The notes beneath the pieces are model-generated. The model saw nothing but the letters and a program-made list of their open reading frames with translations. It was not told the origin of the DNA and searched no databases. The position numbers and the translations under genes are program-made. Positions 59,988-64,000 of a DNA stretch of 64,000 bases are shown here, in pieces (the stretch's first letter is position 1; each line of letters begins with the position of its first letter). This stretch comes from Poseidonia sp. GTDB lineage: Archaea > Thermoplasmatota > Poseidoniia > Poseidoniales > Poseidoniaceae. The stretch is taken from the NCBI GenBank assembly GCA_022426155.1, contig JAKMEE010000032.1, forward strand, positions 9,800 through 73,799. The letters are read 5' to 3'.

Positions 59988-61106
59988 TCATTGGGTTGCG
60001 GTTTGCCATTGGTTCAACCAATCTTCCATTTCATTCGCAATTCGTTCCATTGAAATCTCGGCATTTTTGAGAGGAGTATCTGTGTGCCACTCATAACCCT
60101 CTTGGGCGGGGAAGGTCGCATTGTTCAACACTGAATTCATCAGATTATTTACTGGCATATTTCGATTGACTTCATCCGATAGAAGGTATTCGATGAATGC
60201 AGTTGCGCCCTCTATTTGTGTGGCGCCATTGATGAGGCCTGCGTATTCGATTTGATGAAAGCTCGACCTCTCGAGCACGATGGAGGTCGAATGGGTCCAA
60301 TTTCCGCTATAATACGCTTCAACTCCAGGGGAGTGGCAATAAGATACGGTGAGCAATGCGTCTCCAAGATGCCCCTCTGTCCATTCTCCATACCCTCCGC
60401 TATAATGCATTTCATAGGCTTCAGTCCAGCCTGAGGTGAATTGCGCACCATTGGCTGCCATGGCCTTCCACCAATCAAAAGCTGAGCTTGTCTCATCATC
60501 GTCATGCTCAAAATAATCAACAGTAGCTACCATGAAGGCACGTCCTGGAGAGGATGTCAAAGGAGATGGGAACACGGTTTTCCCATTCCACTGTGGTTCA
60601 GTTAATTCCCACAAACTCTCTGGCATGGTTCGGTTTTCTCCATCAAGGCCGTTTTCATCGACATTCAAGCAGATGTCTCCTTGGTCAAAGGGAGTTGCAT
60701 AGGTTCCTTGGTACACATCAAGGACCGTTTCATCAATCTCATTTATTGATACATCGTTGGGTTGAAGGAGGCAAAATTGCAAAGCAGTTTGCAGGTATGT
60801 GTTGTCAAGTCCTATCGCAAGGTCTGCCTGAGGGGCTTGTTTGGTTTGCATCAGTAATTCGAGAATACCCCCAGCATCATCTGAGCGAATTAACTCAACT
60901 TCATAGCCGGTTTGTGTGGTGAATTCATCCAACATTTCTTGTGAAAATGCAGCGATATCGTAGGTCAATATCCGAACGGTGTTGTCCATGGTCCGAGATG
61001 GGGCCAAAATTGTACATGTCTCAGATTCTTCTTGCAGTGGCTCAAGACAACCAGCGAGGGGAGTCACAAGCATGAGCGCCACGATTGCAAGGCTTGGTAT
61101 GTTCAT
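59988..61106 (-). CDS. thiB: Thiamine ABC transporter substrate-binding lipoprotein
   Basis: LAGC lipobox, ILTYD, ADLAIGLDN, PLTSSPGRAF, GWTEAY, VSYCHSP, QIEYAG. Confidence 0.87.
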   Translation of the reverse strand: MNIPSLAIVALMLVTPLAGCLEPLQEESETCTILAPSRTMDNTVRILTYDIAAFSQEMLDEFTTQTGYEVELIRSDDAGGILELLMQTKQAPQADLAIGLDNTYLQTALQFCLLQPNDVSINEIDETVLDVYQGTYATPFDQGDICLNVDENGLDGENRTMPESLWELTEPQWNGKTVFPSPLTSSPGRAFMVATVDYFEHDDDETSSAFDWWKAMAANGAQFTSGWTEAYEMHYSGGYGEWTEGHLGDALLTVSYCHSPGVEAYYSGNWTHSTSIVLERSSFHQIEYAGLINGATQIEGATAFIEYLLSDEVNRNMPVNNLMNSVLNNATFPAQEGYEWHTDTPLKNAEISMERIANEMEDWLNQWQTATQ

Positions 61107-61111
61107 GAGCC

Positions 61112-61972
61112 TCACTCCATGTTCATCGCATCGATCACAGTATGGGTGCGATCGACCAATTCCATGGCATTGTGCCCGAGGATGTAAAGCGAAGGTTCCC
61201 AACCAAAGGCTCCTTCATCGAGGATGGCATCAATGCGTCCATCGTCATGAGAAAGGACACCCTTCGGAGCAAGAGCAAGTTTGAACCCGAGCTCATCGGA
61301 GATGAAATTAATGTCTCCCATGTCAACCATCCCATCCAAAATTGGAGGGCGCAGGTTGAGGATTGCGGTCTTACTCGGGTCAATTTCCCGTGCTTGGAGC
61401 AGGACAGAAGCCATGTGGCTTGAAGCGCCAAAGACAGGTGTTTCATGGCGACGCAATTGTTCATCCACGACAGTCATGCGCCCCGGATACGCCGCTACTT
61501 CTTCTTCTGTGGTTGCGCTTTCACTGCACGCTGCAATGTTCATTCCCACGGCCGGCATGTAATTATTGACCCTTGCAACATCCAGCCTTCCAGTGGCCCA
61601 TTCCAGTCTTCGGAGGATTGCCCGAGCGGTTTGGTCCGAATCGAGGTTCATGCCTGTAAGCGTTTTATCATAGCGTAATGTTTGGTTTCCAGCAAATTGT
61701 AATTCTAAGATGAGTCGCTGGCGAATAACTTCAGTTCCTTTCCCCAATTGAGTGAGTGATTGAGATAATTCCTGTGCCCACCCATCAATCATCATGTCAT
61801 CGGCTGATGCTCCAAGATCGATGGCTTGTTTCATGATTTGACGCGAAACAGTGCTCTGTGTCGAGCCTGTCACGGCTGCAATGTCCATTTGAGACCATCC
61901 ATTTGACCGCAATTCCTTCGCGAGTTGTTGATGCAATCGGTCAAGCCACTTACCGCCAATATCACCTAGCAT
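61112..61972 (-). CDS. thiR: HTH + thiamine-phosphate synthase (ThiN) domain regulator, ThiR-like
   Basis: GWSQMDIAAVTGSTQSTVSR HTH; MPAVGMNIA...VAAYPGR...FGASSHMA...DEGAFGWEP ThiN domain; first gene of the thiBPQ operon. Confidence 0.8.
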   Translation of the reverse strand: MLGDIGGKWLDRLHQQLAKELRSNGWSQMDIAAVTGSTQSTVSRQIMKQAIDLGASADDMMIDGWAQELSQSLTQLGKGTEVIRQRLILELQFAGNQTLRYDKTLTGMNLDSDQTARAILRRLEWATGRLDVARVNNYMPAVGMNIAACSESATTEEEVAAYPGRMTVVDEQLRRHETPVFGASSHMASVLLQAREIDPSKTAILNLRPPILDGMVDMGDINFISDELGFKLALAPKGVLSHDDGRIDAILDEGAFGWEPSLYILGHNAMELVDRTHTVIDAMNME

Positions 61973-61994
61973 GAGTGTTCCTTGTGGCGGATAG

Positions 61995-62030
61995 TATTCA
62001 ATGTTACTGGGGGATTATGCATCTTGAATA
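61995..62030. promoter_or_regulatory. thiR promoter box plus candidate operator TATGCA-N3-TGAATA
   Basis: Minus-strand TTGAATA begins 29 nt upstream of the thiR ATG; imperfect palindrome at 62016-62030. Confidence 0.45.
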
Positions 62031-62220
62031 GAAAATCCTCTCCTATTTTGGGCGGGCCAAGGATTTTCTCACCCCATTCTACCGTGAAGATCATCTCATG
62101 AGAATCTCAAATCCCCATGATGAAATATTTTAATGGAAATATAAACTCTTTTTAAAATAACGTAAATTCTGAATGTTTTCACATGGGTGTTCAAATATTT
62201 TCAGTCCTATGCGGTCTTTT

Positions 62221-62256
62221 TATGCATATTAAATGGACTGTTATTCAGATTGAATT
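62221..62256. promoter_or_regulatory. Second candidate operator pair
   Basis: TATGCA-TAT-TAAATG at 62221 and TATTCA-GAT-TGAATT at 62242, 21 bp apart like the first pair. Confidence 0.35.
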
Positions 62257-62403
62257 TTATGTATGTAAATCCTGAGTTTGCTTGAATTTCAGGAGGATTC
62301 TCAAGAACACGACTATGATTCAATGGTAATCTCAACCATTGACTCCATGGCCCCAGCACATTAGAGTCTTAAGGGGCCTCTCCGAGGAAGGAATGTGAAG
62401 GGC

Positions 62404-63822
62404 ATGGATACGGGGACCTTTATTGATGAAATTGCCCGTCGTCTGACGGATTACATTCATTCAAAGGATGAACCGGGGCAAGTCAATCCAGGCCAACCAA
62501 TGAATTCTCTCAGACGTGTGTTGGATGTTCAAGTACCGGTTGAAGGTCATGGTATCAACGGAGCACTTGACGATTTGGATGCATTCATTAGCAACAGTGT
62601 GAAGACCCATCGTCCAGAATTTATGAATCCACTTTGGGGGGGGTTATCATTACCCGCTCTAGCTGGAGAAATTATTGCCACAGCAACGAACAATTCAATG
62701 TACACATACGAATTGTCTCCCATGGGGACACTGATCGAACAAACCATCTTGAATCGCATGTGCGAATTGGTGGGGTTCCCTGATGGATTCGGTACGCTGA
62801 CCACCGGAGGGTCCAATGGAAACATGCTTGGGATGCTCTGTGCCCGAGAAAACGCTCTTCCCGGTTCGACAAAGCAGGGATTTGATGGTCGTAACATGGC
62901 AATATTTGTCTCAAAAGAGGCCCATTATTCTGTACTCATGGCCGCCAACGTGATTGGGGTTGGGCACCAAAATGTCGTCAAGGTCCAATGCGATGAAGAT
63001 GGCCGTATGCGACCTGATAGTTTGCGCGAAGAGGTAGCATTTGCCCGCCAAGAAGGATTCACTCCTCTGTGTGTGGTTGCCACATCTGGAACCACTGTCC
63101 GTGGAGCATTTGATCCGCTCTCCGAACTTGCGGATATCTGTCATGAGGAACACATGTGGTTCCACGTTGATGCCGCATGGGGAGGTGCATGTCTTTTCTC
63201 AAACCAGCATCGTTCTCTCATGGATGGAATTGAAAAAGCCGACAGCGTTTGTTGGGATGCTCACAAAATGATGGGTGTTCCATTGGTCTGCAGTGCGTTT
63301 CTCATCAAACGCCCATCCATCTTGCGAACGCTTTGTGGCCATGTAACAACCGCCCATTATCTCTTCCATGATGCTGCAGAAAACGAAGACCTTGGACGAT
63401 ATTCTCTTCAATGCGGCCGACGAAATGACGCTTTGAAATTATGGCTCGAATGGAGGGTTCGCGGTGATGCTGGATGGGCTAAACTGGTCGATGGATACAT
63501 GGATCGTGCAAATTACCTCCAAAAAAGCATTGAAGATCACCCTTCTCTTGAAATGATGTCCAGCCGAATGTGGACCAATGTATGCTTCCGATACGATAAC
63601 GGTTCCACGGAAATACCTCTTAATGACCTCAACGCAACCCTTCGTCATCGACTCATTCAAGAAGGTCAATACATGGTCAGCCGTAGCAATGTGGGTGAAG
63701 ATGTTGTTCTGCGTTCTGTGATATCTAATCAGGGCGTTGATCATGATATTCTTGACGGTTTTCTCGAAGCAGTTGTCCGTATTGGCGATGAAGTTGTGGC
63801 CGGTATGCCTCCTCGTGCCTGA
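62404..63822 (+). CDS. Group II PLP decarboxylase, GAD/CSAD/ADC-like
   Basis: FMNPLWGG...NNSMYTYELSP, GGSNGN, AHYS, GTTVRGAFDP, HVDAAWGG, WDAHKMMG, QCGRRNDALKLW (ORF track start 62395). Confidence 0.9.
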   Translation: MDTGTFIDEIARRLTDYIHSKDEPGQVNPGQPMNSLRRVLDVQVPVEGHGINGALDDLDAFISNSVKTHRPEFMNPLWGGLSLPALAGEIIATATNNSMYTYELSPMGTLIEQTILNRMCELVGFPDGFGTLTTGGSNGNMLGMLCARENALPGSTKQGFDGRNMAIFVSKEAHYSVLMAANVIGVGHQNVVKVQCDEDGRMRPDSLREEVAFARQEGFTPLCVVATSGTTVRGAFDPLSELADICHEEHMWFHVDAAWGGACLFSNQHRSLMDGIEKADSVCWDAHKMMGVPLVCSAFLIKRPSILRTLCGHVTTAHYLFHDAAENEDLGRYSLQCGRRNDALKLWLEWRVRGDAGWAKLVDGYMDRANYLQKSIEDHPSLEMMSSRMWTNVCFRYDNGSTEIPLNDLNATLRHRLIQEGQYMVSRSNVGEDVVLRSVISNQGVDHDILDGFLEAVVRIGDEVVAGMPPRA

Positions 63823-63867
63823 CCTTCGAGCACGGATGTTTATGAGACGCCCCGCATTCGCCAAGGC

Positions 63868-64000
63868 ATGAGCGACCAAGCCCCCGTTCGGACAGCCTTG
63901 TATGAGGAACATCTCGCCCTCGAGGCTAACATGGTCGATTTTCATGGATTTGAATTACCAATCTGGTACTCCAATATCAAAGAAGAGCACCTTGCAACCC
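63868..64000 (+). CDS. gcvT: Glycine cleavage system aminomethyltransferase T, running off the right edge
   Basis: Manual translation MSDQAPVRTALYEEHLALEANMVDFHGFELPIWYSNIKEEHLAT matches the GcvT N-terminus. Confidence 0.85.
   Translation, partial: MSDQAPVRTALYEEHLALEANMVDFHGFELPIWYSNIKEEHLAT

Noticed and set aside
61973-62394. TPP riboswitch upstream of the thiamine operon
   Set aside because: Minus-strand GGGGTGAGA is only a partial resemblance; the CCTGA...TAAT...GCG.AGG core is absent, and a ThiR protein explains regulation

Overview
Gene-dense archaeal chromosome segment, most consistent with a Marine Group II euryarchaeote (Ca. Poseidoniales, Thermoplasmatota). This assignment is an inference from archaeal markers (archaeosine TgtA with PUA domain, CTP-dependent riboflavin kinase, archaeal-type PheS, DRG GTPase, NadM, HTH-ThiN ThiR) mixed with bacterial-type genes (sufCBDSE-T, FolD, RsuA-family synthase, RhlE-like helicase, GrpE, GcvT). 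It holds about 60 CDS and two tRNAs (Thr-TGT, Val-CAC). I saw no rRNA, CRISPR array, transposase or integrase. The strongest candidate for an undescribed system is an overlapping three-gene operon (13152-17577): a DUF2226/PATAN-like plus DUF835 (inactive KaiC-like) protein, a degenerate bacterial DnaA-type AAA+ protein with no recognisable DNA-binding domain IV, and a YkgJ cysteine-cluster protein. Other highlights are a decarboxylase with the W-x19-S-x-Y cysteine-sulfinate selectivity motif, an apparently circularly permuted GDPD, an NDH-2 fused to a degenerate cNMP domain, paired palindromes between thiR and the decarboxylase, an ABC exporter operon with a Ca-binding loop and a cyclase/lipocalin-like gene, and a recurring TT[CG]AA promoter box about 30 nt before start codons. 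All family calls come from recognising motifs by eye; no database search was run.
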